From an uncultured cyanobacterium (GTDB taxonomy: Bacteria > Cyanobacteriota > Cyanobacteriia > PCC-6307 > Cyanobiaceae), in NCBI GenBank assembly GCA_963697335.1, contig CAVONQ010000018.1, forward strand, positions 224,001-288,000: a DNA stretch of 64,000 nucleotides, written 5' to 3'. Shown here in pieces: positions 22,996 to 32,020 of this stretch (position 1 is its first letter; each line of letters starts with the position of its first letter). Under the pieces are notes generated by a model. It was given only the letters and a program-made list of their open reading frames with translations. It was not told the origin of the DNA and searched no databases. Made by a program: the position numbers and the translations under genes.

Positions 22996-23694
22996 ATGAC
23001 CCCGCCCCGAGGCCCCCTGGGGGGACTGGCCCCCACCCTTGTCGTCGCCACCCTCCTCGCCCTGGGGGCCGGCCCCGGCGTCGAGGCGGCCCGACCCCTG
23101 CCCAGGGTGGTGGATGTGCCCTCCCGGCCGGCCTTTGTGCGGCCCCCCGGCAGCAGGGAGCAATCCGCCCGGGTCGGCCAGCGCCTTCCAGGCCGCTCCG
23201 TGCTGCGCACCCAGCGGCCCGGCCGGCTGCAGGTGGAACTGGCCAATGGCCGCAACTTTCGGCTCGGCGGCGATGCGGTGATGCGCCTGACGGCCTCGGG
23301 CCTTGATCTGGAGCGCGGTCAGCTGATCGCCTGGATCAACCCCGGCGCCAAGGGGGGCGGGCCGCTGCGGGTGCGGACCCGGGTCGGCACCGCCTCGATC
23401 GAGGGCACCACCGTGTTCCTGGAGGTGGATGACAGCAGTGTGCTGGTGTTCAGCTGGGAGGGCGAGGTGCGGCTGACCCCGGCAGCCCAGGCCGGTCAGC
23501 CGTCGACCCCGGTGCTCCTGCGCAGCGGTGAGCAGGCCACCTACCGCGATGGCGCCTGGCTGCCCCCCCGGCGCCTCGACCCCGGCGCGGCGGGAGAGCG
23601 GCGGCGCACCAGCATCCTGTTGAACGGCTTCACGGCGCCCATGGCCACCCTGCCGGTGATCGAGCGGGAGCTGGGGCTGTCGGATTCCCCGTGA
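22996..23694 (+). CDS. Exported FecR-domain protein (copy 1)
   Basis: Signal peptide; LRTQRPGRLQVELANG..FRLG, LERGQL, VRTRVGTASIEGT, SWEGEV beta-rich FecR pattern. Confidence 0.75.
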   Translation: MTPPRGPLGGLAPTLVVATLLALGAGPGVEAARPLPRVVDVPSRPAFVRPPGSREQSARVGQRLPGRSVLRTQRPGRLQVELANGRNFRLGGDAVMRLTASGLDLERGQLIAWINPGAKGGGPLRVRTRVGTASIEGTTVFLEVDDSSVLVFSWEGEVRLTPAAQAGQPSTPVLLRSGEQATYRDGAWLPPRRLDPGAAGERRRTSILLNGFTAPMATLPVIERELGLSDSP

Positions 23695-25577
23695 AGCGGT
23701 CGCGGCGTGGGGGCCAGCCAGCCCTCTGGACCCTGGGGGTGCTGCTGCCGCTGCTGGCCTCCCTGCCGCCGCTGCGGCCTACCCCGGTGGGCGAAGCACT
23801 CGCTGCGGCCGAGGCCGCGTGGCGCGGGCTGGGGTGGCGGTTGGGCGGGGCCCTCGCCACCGGGCTCGGGGCGCCCGCCGATCCGGTGGTGCTGGCCATC
23901 GATGCGGACTCCCTCGACCTCGCCCAGCTGCTGGGGCCGGCAGAGCGCCAGGCCTCGCCGCTGTGGCGGCGGATGGGGCCCTGGCCCTGGCCCCGGGCCC
24001 TCCAGGCCGACCTGGCCGCCTGGGTGCTGGAGCGCGGCGCCGCCCGGGTGCTGTTCAACGTGGTGCTCAGCGAGCCGAGCCGTTTCGGTCCGCAGGACGA
24101 TCGGGCCTTCGTGGAGCGCCTCAGGCCCTGGGCCCAGCAGGTGGTGCTGGCCACGGCCTACAGCAGCAGGGCGTCCGCGGCGGATGGGATCGAGCTGGCC
24201 CAGCTGAGGGGGCCCCTGCCCCTGCTGGCCTCGGCGGCCGAGCCGCCCGCCGGGCTCACGGCCCTGCTGCAGAGCCCCCAGGGCTACACCGAGGCCCTCC
24301 CGGGCCGCCGCTGGCTGGAGACCCACCTGGCCCCATTCCGGCCGCCCTGGCCGTTGCCCCTCGCCGACCGGGCCCGCCCCGGCGCCCTCCCCCCCTCGGG
24401 ACCCCGCTACATCGCCTTCCCGCCCCCGGCCGGCCGCCCCCGGCTGGTGCCGGCCTGGCAACTGCCGGAGCTTCCCGAGGGCTACTGGCGTGGCCGCACC
24501 GTGCTGATCGGCGTCACAGCTGCGGCCCTGGGGGACCAGATGGAAACCCCCTTCGGCGCGCTCAGCGGCACGGAGGTGCAGGCGGCGGCCCTGGCCAGCG
24601 TGTTGCAGGGCCGGGCCCTGGCGCCCCTCGCCGGCCCTCCGGCCCTGGCGCTGCTGCTGGGCTGGGCCGCCGCCACCCTGCTGCTGCTCCGGCGGGCCCG
24701 CCAGCTGCAGGCCACCGCCCTGCGCCTGCTGGGGCTGGTGGGGGTGGCGCTGCTGCTGGCGGCCCTGGCCTGGGGGCTGCTGCAGCTCTGGCTGCCGCTC
24801 ACCACCCTGCTGCTGATCCCCCTGGGCGGCGGCGGCCTGCGGGGCCTGGGCCAGTGGCGGCATGAGAGCCGGGAGCGGGCCTACCTGCACCAGGTGCTCG
24901 CCAGGCGCGTCTCGCCGGCCCTGCTGCAGGACATCCTGCGCCGACCGGGACCCCTCGGCACCGAGCTGGGGGGGCGCCGCTGCACCTGCGTGCTGCTCTT
25001 TGCCGACCTGGTGGACTTCACGCCCCTCAGCGCCAGGCTCGAGCCGCCGGCCCTGTTCGCCCTGCTGAACCGCTACTTCGAGGCCATTGCCGCCGCAGTG
25101 ATCGAGCAGCAGGGGTTGCTCGACAAGTTCATCGGCGATGCGCTGATGGCGGAGTTCGGGGTGCCCCGCAGCCGCGGCGACGCGGCGGAGGCCCTGGCCG
25201 CCGTGCGGGCCGCCCTGACCATGCAGGCGCGGCTGCAGGCCCTGAACCGGGAGCTGGAGGCCCAGGGGCAGCCCCCGCTGCGCCACGGCATCGGCCTGCA
25301 TGTGGGGGAGGTGATCGCCGGCAATCTCGGCTCCTCCGAGCGGCTCGAATACACCGTTGTGGGGGCTGCGGTGAACGTGGCCAGCCGCCTGGAGGGACTG
25401 ACCCGCCTCCACCCGCACCACCCGATCCTGATCAGTGGCGAACTGCTGGCCCTGCTGCCCGCCGGGGTGCGGGTCGTGCCCTTGGGCTGTCACCGGCTGA
25501 AGGGCTGGCCGACGCTCCTGGAGGTGTATGGCCTGCAGGGGCTGGACGAGGCGGGAGACGCCGGGGCTGTGGGGTGA
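23691..25577 (+). CDS. CHASE2-domain class III adenylate cyclase (copy 1)
   Basis: CHASE2 (LAIDADS, WPWPRA, VLIG, TPFG..SGTEV), 3 TM helices, cyclase motifs FADLVDFT, DKFIGDA, YTVVG, NVASRLE; GTGA overlap with the upstream FecR gene. Confidence 0.92.
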   Translation: MKRSRRGGQPALWTLGVLLPLLASLPPLRPTPVGEALAAAEAAWRGLGWRLGGALATGLGAPADPVVLAIDADSLDLAQLLGPAERQASPLWRRMGPWPWPRALQADLAAWVLERGAARVLFNVVLSEPSRFGPQDDRAFVERLRPWAQQVVLATAYSSRASAADGIELAQLRGPLPLLASAAEPPAGLTALLQSPQGYTEALPGRRWLETHLAPFRPPWPLPLADRARPGALPPSGPRYIAFPPPAGRPRLVPAWQLPELPEGYWRGRTVLIGVTAAALGDQMETPFGALSGTEVQAAALASVLQGRALAPLAGPPALALLLGWAAATLLLLRRARQLQATALRLLGLVGVALLLAALAWGLLQLWLPLTTLLLIPLGGGGLRGLGQWRHESRERAYLHQVLARRVSPALLQDILRRPGPLGTELGGRRCTCVLLFADLVDFTPLSARLEPPALFALLNRYFEAIAAAVIEQQGLLDKFIGDALMAEFGVPRSRGDAAEALAAVRAALTMQARLQALNRELEAQGQPPLRHGIGLHVGEVIAGNLGSSERLEYTVVGAAVNVASRLEGLTRLHPHHPILISGELLALLPAGVRVVPLGCHRLKGWPTLLEVYGLQGLDEAGDAGAVG

Positions 25578-25608
25578 GAATGGCGCCGTTGCCTGCCCTG
25601 GAGCCGTG

Positions 25609-26385
25609 ATGACGTCCCCCCTGACGTCCACCCCGCAGAAGCGGCAGCCCTCGGGTGTGATACGGGCAGTCCGGCGGCGCATGCTGCCGCTCGCCGCGGC
25701 GCTGCTGCTGGCCCCGCTGGGCCCCGCCCAGGCCCGGGAGGCCGCCACGGTGCAGGAAATCCTCGATGGCCGCGAGTTCTACATCGACAGCCAGGAGGCC
25801 CGGGTGAAGCAGCGGGCCACCGCGCCCCAGGAGATCAGCACCCGCAAGAGCCGCGGCCAGATCCGCTTCGACACCGGTGCGGCGGGCCGGGTGAACCGCT
25901 TCTCCCAGCTGCGCCTGGGCAGCGGCTGCTTCCTGCTCAAGAAGGGGCAGATCCTGGTGTCCGGGCCCCAGAGCGGCTGCACCCGCTCATCGCGCCTGAG
26001 TGTGCGGGGCACCAACTACCTGCTGGAGGTGCGGGACGACGGCGAGGCCGAGCTCTCCGTGCTGGAAGGCGCTGTGGAGATCGAGCCGCTGCGGGACGGC
26101 GAGCCGATCCCCGCCGATGAGCCCGGCGCCGCCGCCCCCACCCGGGTGGAAGCGGGCCAGCGGGTGACGCTGTCGCCAACCGGGGTGGTGCTCACCATCC
26201 TGCGGTTGAGCTCGGGCGACTACAGCTCGATCCTGGGAGGGCCGCTGTTCAGGGGATTCAGCGTGTCCCTGCCGGGGATGGGCTCCCTGGAGAGCTATCT
26301 GCGCCGGGCCATGCCGGACGTGCGCCTGCCGGGCTCCTCGTTCACGCCTTCCCTGCCGATCTTCGGCTTGCCCAGCTTCTTCTGA
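25609..26385 (+). CDS. Exported FecR-domain protein (copy 2)
   Basis: Signal peptide (MLPLAAALLLAPLGPAQA; alternative start 25681); SVRGTNY, SVLEGAVEI, VEAGQRV. Confidence 0.78.
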   Translation: MTSPLTSTPQKRQPSGVIRAVRRRMLPLAAALLLAPLGPAQAREAATVQEILDGREFYIDSQEARVKQRATAPQEISTRKSRGQIRFDTGAAGRVNRFSQLRLGSGCFLLKKGQILVSGPQSGCTRSSRLSVRGTNYLLEVRDDGEAELSVLEGAVEIEPLRDGEPIPADEPGAAAPTRVEAGQRVTLSPTGVVLTILRLSSGDYSSILGGPLFRGFSVSLPGMGSLESYLRRAMPDVRLPGSSFTPSLPIFGLPSFF

Positions 26386-26414
26386 GGCCCGTTCTGCTCC
26401 AAGCCGTCTTCACC

Positions 26415-28292
26415 ATGCGCCGTGCCCTCGCTCTGGCCCTCGCCTCCGGCCTGGTGGCCGTGGTGGGCGGCTGGCTGACGGCGCGCCCGCCCCAGCCCCT
26501 GCGGGTGGTGGAGCGGGGCCTGGAGGATCAGCTGGTGCGCCTGCGCGGCCGCCGGGCCGTGCCCCAGACCGTGGTGCTGATCGCCATTGACGACTCCACC
26601 CTGCAGCAGGGGGCCTGGTTCGCGGACCAGTCCCAAGGGGCCTCGGCGATCCCCTCCTGGGCCGAGGGGCTGAGCACCCTGCCCTGGCCGCGGGCCCGCT
26701 ACGGCGACCTGCTCGACCGCCTCGGTGAGGCCAGCCCGGCCGCGGTGGCGATCAACGTGGTGTTCGAGGGCAGCAGCGGCGCGGGTGACGCCGACGATCA
26801 GGCCCTGGCTGCGGCCATTCGCCGCCGGGGTGGGCAGGTGGTGCTCGCCGCCGAGGTGATGGAGGTGCGCGACAGCAGCTACGTGGGCCTGAGCCTGGCG
26901 CCCCCCGCCGATCCGCTGCGGCTGGCGGCCGGGCCCGACGCCATCGGCATCACCAACACCCTGCCCGGCGGCCATGGTGAGGCCCACCCCCATCCGCGCA
27001 CCTACAGCGAACGGGTGCTGGCCCTGGTGGGGGCCAGTCCCCAGAAGCCGCTGTCCGAGGCGGTGCTGGCGCGCTCCGGGCGCCGCAGCCGCCAGGACGA
27101 TGCCCGGCGCCAGCTCAGCTTCTACGGGCCCGAGGGTTCCTTTGAAAGGATCCCGGCCTGGGAAGTGCTCGATCCGGAGCGCTGGCGCAACCATCCGAAA
27201 CGCAGCCTGATCCGCGATGCCGTGGTGCTGATCGGGCCGGTGGGCGCCCAGGGTGGCGCCGGCACCGCCACGCCGTTCGGCAGCCTGTCGGGGCTCGAGA
27301 TGCTGGCCACCGCCACGGCCAACTCCCTGCAGGGCGACGGCCTGCGCCCGTGGCCCGAGCGCCCCCTGCCCCGAGGCCTGCTGGCGATGCTGCCGCTGCT
27401 GCTGGTGGGGGGCCTGGCCCTGGTGCGGGGCGGGGTGGGCTGGCGGCTCGGCCTGGTGGGGGCGGCCCTGGCCCTGCAGCTGGGGGTGGCCTGGTTCAGC
27501 TTTGATCGCCTCGCCGTGTGGCTGCCCCTGCTGGTGCCGGGCTCCGCCCTGGTGCTGCTGGGCGTGCTCTACGGCGCTGACGCCTACCTGGCGGAGGAGG
27601 GCGAGCGGCGGCGGCTGCGGCGCACCTTCGAGCGCTACGTGGCCCCCAGCGTGGTGGCCGAGATCCTCTCGGACCCGGCCGAGGCGGAGGGCATCCTGCG
27701 GGGCCGGCAGCTGCCGGTCACGGTGCTGTTCTCCGACCTCAAGGGCTTCACCCAGCTCACCAACGCCCGCAGCGGCCGGGGCCAGATCGAGCTGCACGTG
27801 CGCCAGCTCAACCGCTACCTCGGCGAGATGGTGGAGGTGATCAACGCCCATGGCGGCACGGTGGACAAGTTCATCGGCGATGCCGTGATGGCTGTGTTCG
27901 GCTCCCCGATCGGCCGCGGCCCCGAGGCGGAGGCCACCGCCGCCGTGCGCTGTGCCGTGGAGATGCGCCGGGCCCTGCAGCGGCTGAATGGGGCCTGGCG
28001 CGCCGAGGGTCTCGAACCCCTGGACAGCGGCATCGGCCTGGCCTCAGGTGAGGTGATCGTGGGGCAGATCGGCAGCCCGCGGCGCATGGAGTTCACCGTG
28101 ATCGGCGACAAGGTGAACCTGGCCAGCCGCATGGAGGGCCTCACCCGCACGGCCGGGGCGCCGTTGCTGTTCGATGCCGCCACCGCCGAGCTGGTGCAGG
28201 CGGTGCTGCCGGTGCAGGCCCTGGGGGACCAGGCGGTGAAGGGGATGGGGGAGATGCCCGTGTTCACCCTCAGCAGCCTGCCGCCGGACTGA
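26415..28292 (+). CDS. CHASE2-domain class III adenylate cyclase (copy 2)
   Basis: LIAIDDS, LPWPRA, TPFG.LSGLE, 3 TM helices, FERYVAPSVV, FSDLKGFT, DKFIGDAVMA, FTVIGDKVNLASRMEG. Confidence 0.94.
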   Translation: MRRALALALASGLVAVVGGWLTARPPQPLRVVERGLEDQLVRLRGRRAVPQTVVLIAIDDSTLQQGAWFADQSQGASAIPSWAEGLSTLPWPRARYGDLLDRLGEASPAAVAINVVFEGSSGAGDADDQALAAAIRRRGGQVVLAAEVMEVRDSSYVGLSLAPPADPLRLAAGPDAIGITNTLPGGHGEAHPHPRTYSERVLALVGASPQKPLSEAVLARSGRRSRQDDARRQLSFYGPEGSFERIPAWEVLDPERWRNHPKRSLIRDAVVLIGPVGAQGGAGTATPFGSLSGLEMLATATANSLQGDGLRPWPERPLPRGLLAMLPLLLVGGLALVRGGVGWRLGLVGAALALQLGVAWFSFDRLAVWLPLLVPGSALVLLGVLYGADAYLAEEGERRRLRRTFERYVAPSVVAEILSDPAEAEGILRGRQLPVTVLFSDLKGFTQLTNARSGRGQIELHVRQLNRYLGEMVEVINAHGGTVDKFIGDAVMAVFGSPIGRGPEAEATAAVRCAVEMRRALQRLNGAWRAEGLEPLDSGIGLASGEVIVGQIGSPRRMEFTVIGDKVNLASRMEGLTRTAGAPLLFDAATAELVQAVLPVQALGDQAVKGMGEMPVFTLSSLPPD

Positions 28293-29388
28293 AGCGGTCC
28301 CAGCGGAAGTGGCTGAGCAGCTCGGCGGCGTCGGCGTCCGGCGAGCGCCCCAGCAGCTGCTCCCCCACCAGCTCGGCCGTGATCGCGGCCAGCAGCACGC
28401 CGTTGCGGTGGTGGCCGGTGGCCAGCCACAGCCCGGGGATGGGGCTGGGCCCCAGGATCGGCGCCTGGTCGGGGGTGCAGGGGCGGAAGCCCCACCAGCG
28501 CTCCATCGGCGGCCAGTGGCTGGCCTCGGGCAGCAGGGCGGCGATGCCGGCCTCCAGCTGGCGCTGGCCGTCGGGGGTGAGGCCGCCCGCGAAACCCGCC
28601 CGGGGTTCCGAGGTGGCGCCCACCACCAGCAGCCCGTCCTGCCGCGGCACCAGGTAGGTGCCCGGCCCGAAGATCACCCGCTGCAGCGCCTGGCGGGGCC
28701 CCTGCAGGGAGAGCATCTGCCCCTTCACCGGGGCGATCGGCAGCTGGGGCAGCAGCCGGCCGCTCCAGGCGCCGCAGGCCAGCACCGCCCGGCTGCAGCG
28801 CAGCAGCTCCTGGCGGCCGGCAGCACTGCGCCAGGCCACGGCCTCCAGGGCTCCTGAACCGTCGCGCTGCAGGGCCTGCACCTCGCCGCCCTCCTCGAAG
28901 CCCACGCCCCGCTCCACGCAGGCCCGCTCCAGGGCCCGCATCAGGCCGCGGCGGTTGTCGATCTGGCCGTCCTGGGGGAACAGCAGCCCGGCCTGCCAGC
29001 GGGGCCCGAGGCCCGGCACCTGCCGCTCCAGCCCGGCGCGGTCGAGGGCCTCCCCCTGGGCTGCCGTGGGGTAGCGATCGCGCTCAGGGGCCGTGGCGAA
29101 GGGCACCACGATGCCGCAGGGGCGCAGACCGCAGCGCAGGCCGGCGTCGGCCTCGACCCGCGCCACCCAACCGGGAATGGCGGCCAGGGAGCGCTGTCCC
29201 AGGCTGAGCAGGGGCCCTTCCAGGCCTTCGGCGTGGGGCGCCAGCATCCCGGCCGCCACGAAGCCGGCGGCCTCCTGGCGCCGGCGGCTGAGCACCCTCA
29301 CCCGCCCGCCCGCGTGGGCCAGGTGGTGGGCGATGGCCAGGCCCATCAGGCCCCCACCCAGGATCAGTGTTTCGGCGGCTGCGCTCAC
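28270..29388 (-). CDS. thiO: Glycine oxidase (thiamine biosynthesis)
   Basis: ILGGGLMG FAD motif, AAGMLAPHAE, PVKGQML, GFRPCTPD, ATGHHRNGVLLA; GTG start inferred. Confidence 0.9.
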   Translation of the reverse strand: MSAAAETLILGGGLMGLAIAHHLAHAGGRVRVLSRRRQEAAGFVAAGMLAPHAEGLEGPLLSLGQRSLAAIPGWVARVEADAGLRCGLRPCGIVVPFATAPERDRYPTAAQGEALDRAGLERQVPGLGPRWQAGLLFPQDGQIDNRRGLMRALERACVERGVGFEEGGEVQALQRDGSGALEAVAWRSAAGRQELLRCSRAVLACGAWSGRLLPQLPIAPVKGQMLSLQGPRQALQRVIFGPGTYLVPRQDGLLVVGATSEPRAGFAGGLTPDGQRQLEAGIAALLPEASHWPPMERWWGFRPCTPDQAPILGPSPIPGLWLATGHHRNGVLLAAITAELVGEQLLGRSPDADAAELLSHFRWDRFSPAAGC

Positions 29389-29503
29389 AGGCGGGGTCGG
29401 CAGGCCCCAGGCATCCTGCCAAGCGCAGGGCCGGCGGCGGGGGAGCCTGCCAAGGCCCCGGGATCGCTGCAGAGTGGGGGGCCTGGCTTGGAGGGTGGGG
29501 AGC

Positions 29504-30343
29504 GTGCTCAACCGACGAACCCGCGCCCTGATCCTGGTGCTGCCACTGGCGCTGGGGCCTGCCCGGGCGATGCCGCTCACCACCCTGGCCCAGGGCGGCA
29601 GCGGTGACGCGGTGCAGGCCACCGTGCTGCAGATCCTCGACCGGCCCGAACTGTTCATCGAACAGCGCCGCGCCCAGGTCAAGGATGTGGCCCATGAGCC
29701 CGAGACCATCAGCACCCGAAACACCCGCGCCCAGCTCCGGTTTCTCACGGGCGCGGGCGCCCGTGTCAACCGCCAGTCGCGCCTCAAGCTCGGCAGCGGC
29801 TGTCTGCTGCTGGATCAGGGTCAGCTGCTGGTGTCGGGGCGCCAGAACGGCTGCACCCGCTCGATGCGGGTGAGCGTGCGGGGCACCAACTACATCCTGG
29901 AGGCCTTCGAGAACGGCGACACGGCGGTCACCTCCCTGGAGGGTCGCCTGGAACTGGTGCGGCTGCGCAACGGCGAACCCACCGACCAGGCCCCGGTGCT
30001 GCTGGAGAGCGGCCAGCGGCTGCGCCTGCTGCAGGCCCTGGATCTCACCACCGTGATCTCCCTCACCTCACAGGACTACCAGGCCATCCTGGAGGGCCCC
30101 CTGTTCCGTGGTTTCGAGCCACGGCTTCCCGCCCAGGGCGCTCTGGAGGACTACCTCAACGCCAACGTTCCCGGCGTGCGCCTGCCCCGCCCCGAGCCCA
30201 GGGCAGGCGGCGGGCGGCTGCCCTTCTCCTTTGGGTTCGGCTTCGGCTTCGGGGATGGGGGCAGCCGGGGCGGTGAGGGCCCCCGGCCGGGCGGCAACAG
30301 CAATGGTGCCGACCTGCAGGAGTCCTACCCCAACAGCCGCTGA
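29504..30343 (+). CDS. Exported FecR-domain protein (copy 3; paralogue of copy 2)
   Basis: Signal peptide; LGSGC.LL..GQ.LVSG.Q.GCTRS.R.SVRGTNY shared with copy 2; GTG start inferred. Confidence 0.75.
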   Translation: MLNRRTRALILVLPLALGPARAMPLTTLAQGGSGDAVQATVLQILDRPELFIEQRRAQVKDVAHEPETISTRNTRAQLRFLTGAGARVNRQSRLKLGSGCLLLDQGQLLVSGRQNGCTRSMRVSVRGTNYILEAFENGDTAVTSLEGRLELVRLRNGEPTDQAPVLLESGQRLRLLQALDLTTVISLTSQDYQAILEGPLFRGFEPRLPAQGALEDYLNANVPGVRLPRPEPRAGGGRLPFSFGFGFGFGDGGSRGGEGPRPGGNSNGADLQESYPNSR

Positions 30344-30402
30344 GCCCGCTTCTGCGGGGGGTTCCATAAGATCGGTCCACGCACTGGCGCTGGAACAACG
30401 CG

Positions 30403-31953
30403 ATGGCAGGCACCGCCCCGACAGCAGCCCCCCTGGCCACACCTCCGGCTCCATCCCAGGACCGCCATACGGCTGCCGCTGAACCTGGAGCCGCGGCCTG
30501 GGAGGCCGTGATCGGCCTGGAGACCCACGTGCAGCTGGGCACCGACAGCAAGATCTTCACCGGCGCCTCCACCACCTATGGCGATGAGCCCAACACCCAC
30601 ATCGACCCCGTGGTGTGTGGCCTGCCGGGTACCCTGCCGGTGCTCAACCAGAAGGTGCTCGAGTATGCGGTGAAGGCCGCCCTGGCCCTGAACCTGCACA
30701 TCGCCGAGCACAGCAAGTTCGACCGCAAGCAGTATTTCTATCCCGATCTGCCCAAGAACTACCAGATCTCCCAGTTCGATGAGCCGATCGCCGAAGACGG
30801 CTGGATCGAGGTGGAGGTGGCCGAGAAGGGCAAGGACACCTACCTGAAGACGATCGGCATTGAACGGCTGCACATGGAGGAGGACGCCGGCAAGCTGGTG
30901 CACGCCGGCAGCGACCGCCTGGCCGGCTCCACCCACTCCCTGGTGGACTACAACCGCGCCGGTGTGGCTCTCGCCGAGATCGTCAGCAAGCCCGATCTGC
31001 GCACCGGCCGTGAGGCGGCGGAATACGCCTCGGAGATCCGCCGCATCATGCGCTATCTGGGCGTGAGCGACGGCAACATGCAGGAGGGCTCCCTGCGCTG
31101 CGATGTGAACATCTCGGTGCGCCGCGGGCCCGAGGCCCCCTTCGGCACGAAGGTGGAGATCAAGAACATGAACTCCTTCTCGGCGATCCAGAAGGCGATC
31201 GACTTCGAGATCCAGCGCCAGATCAAGGCCTACGAAAGCGGCGAGCCGGTGCTGCAGGAAACCCGCCTCTGGGATGAGAGCAAGCAGCTCACCAAGAGCA
31301 TGCGCTCCAAGGAGGGCAGCAGCGATTACCGCTACTTCCCCGATCCCGATCTCGGCCCGATCGAGGTGAGCGCCGAGCAGCGGGAGGGCTGGCGCGCCGA
31401 GCTGCCCGAACTGCCGGCCGCCAAGCGGCACCGCTACGCCGACAGCCTGGGCCTCTCCCAGTACGACGCCCGGGTGCTCACCGATGAGCGTCCCATGGCC
31501 GATTACTTCGAGGCGGTGGTGGCAGCCGGCGCCGACCCGAAGGTCACCGCCAACTGGATCACCGGCGACATCGCCGCCCACGTGAACGCCAACCGCCTCG
31601 CCTATGGGGAGCTGCCGCTGCGCCCCGAGCAGCTGGCCGAGATGGTGCAGCTGATCGAGAACGGCACGATCAGCGGCAAGATCGCCAAAGACCTCCTGCC
31701 CGAGCTGCTGGAGCAGGGCGGTTCCGTGAAGGCCATCGTGGCCGAACGCGGCCTGGGCATGATCTCCGACCCGGCGGCGATCAGCGCCATCGTGGAGGAG
31801 CTGCTGGCGGCCCATCCGGCCGAAGTGGAAGCTTTTCGCGGCGGCAAGACAAAACTTCAGGGCTTTTTCGTGGGGCAGCTGATGAAGAAGACCGGCGGCA
31901 AGGCCGATCCGAAGCTCGCCAACCGGATCCTCACCGAGAAGCTGAAGGGCTGA
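30403..31953 (+). CDS. gatB: Asp-tRNA(Asn)/Glu-tRNA(Gln) amidotransferase subunit B
   Basis: EAVIGLETHVQL, FDRKQYFYPDLPKNYQISQ, HMEEDAGK, DYRYFPDPDL. Confidence 0.98.
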   Translation: MAGTAPTAAPLATPPAPSQDRHTAAAEPGAAAWEAVIGLETHVQLGTDSKIFTGASTTYGDEPNTHIDPVVCGLPGTLPVLNQKVLEYAVKAALALNLHIAEHSKFDRKQYFYPDLPKNYQISQFDEPIAEDGWIEVEVAEKGKDTYLKTIGIERLHMEEDAGKLVHAGSDRLAGSTHSLVDYNRAGVALAEIVSKPDLRTGREAAEYASEIRRIMRYLGVSDGNMQEGSLRCDVNISVRRGPEAPFGTKVEIKNMNSFSAIQKAIDFEIQRQIKAYESGEPVLQETRLWDESKQLTKSMRSKEGSSDYRYFPDPDLGPIEVSAEQREGWRAELPELPAAKRHRYADSLGLSQYDARVLTDERPMADYFEAVVAAGADPKVTANWITGDIAAHVNANRLAYGELPLRPEQLAEMVQLIENGTISGKIAKDLLPELLEQGGSVKAIVAERGLGMISDPAAISAIVEELLAAHPAEVEAFRGGKTKLQGFFVGQLMKKTGGKADPKLANRILTEKLKG

Positions 31954-32020
31954 GCCGATGGCCGAGGCCAAGCATCCCGGCCCAACGGCACAAGCTCGTC
32001 TAAGCAGGTCCTGGATCGTG

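Noticed and set aside
22996..30343. FecR genes as a FecIRA-type iron-uptake regulatory system
   Set aside because: No ECF sigma factor, TonB-dependent receptor or cytoplasmic anti-sigma domain; the neighbours are cyclases
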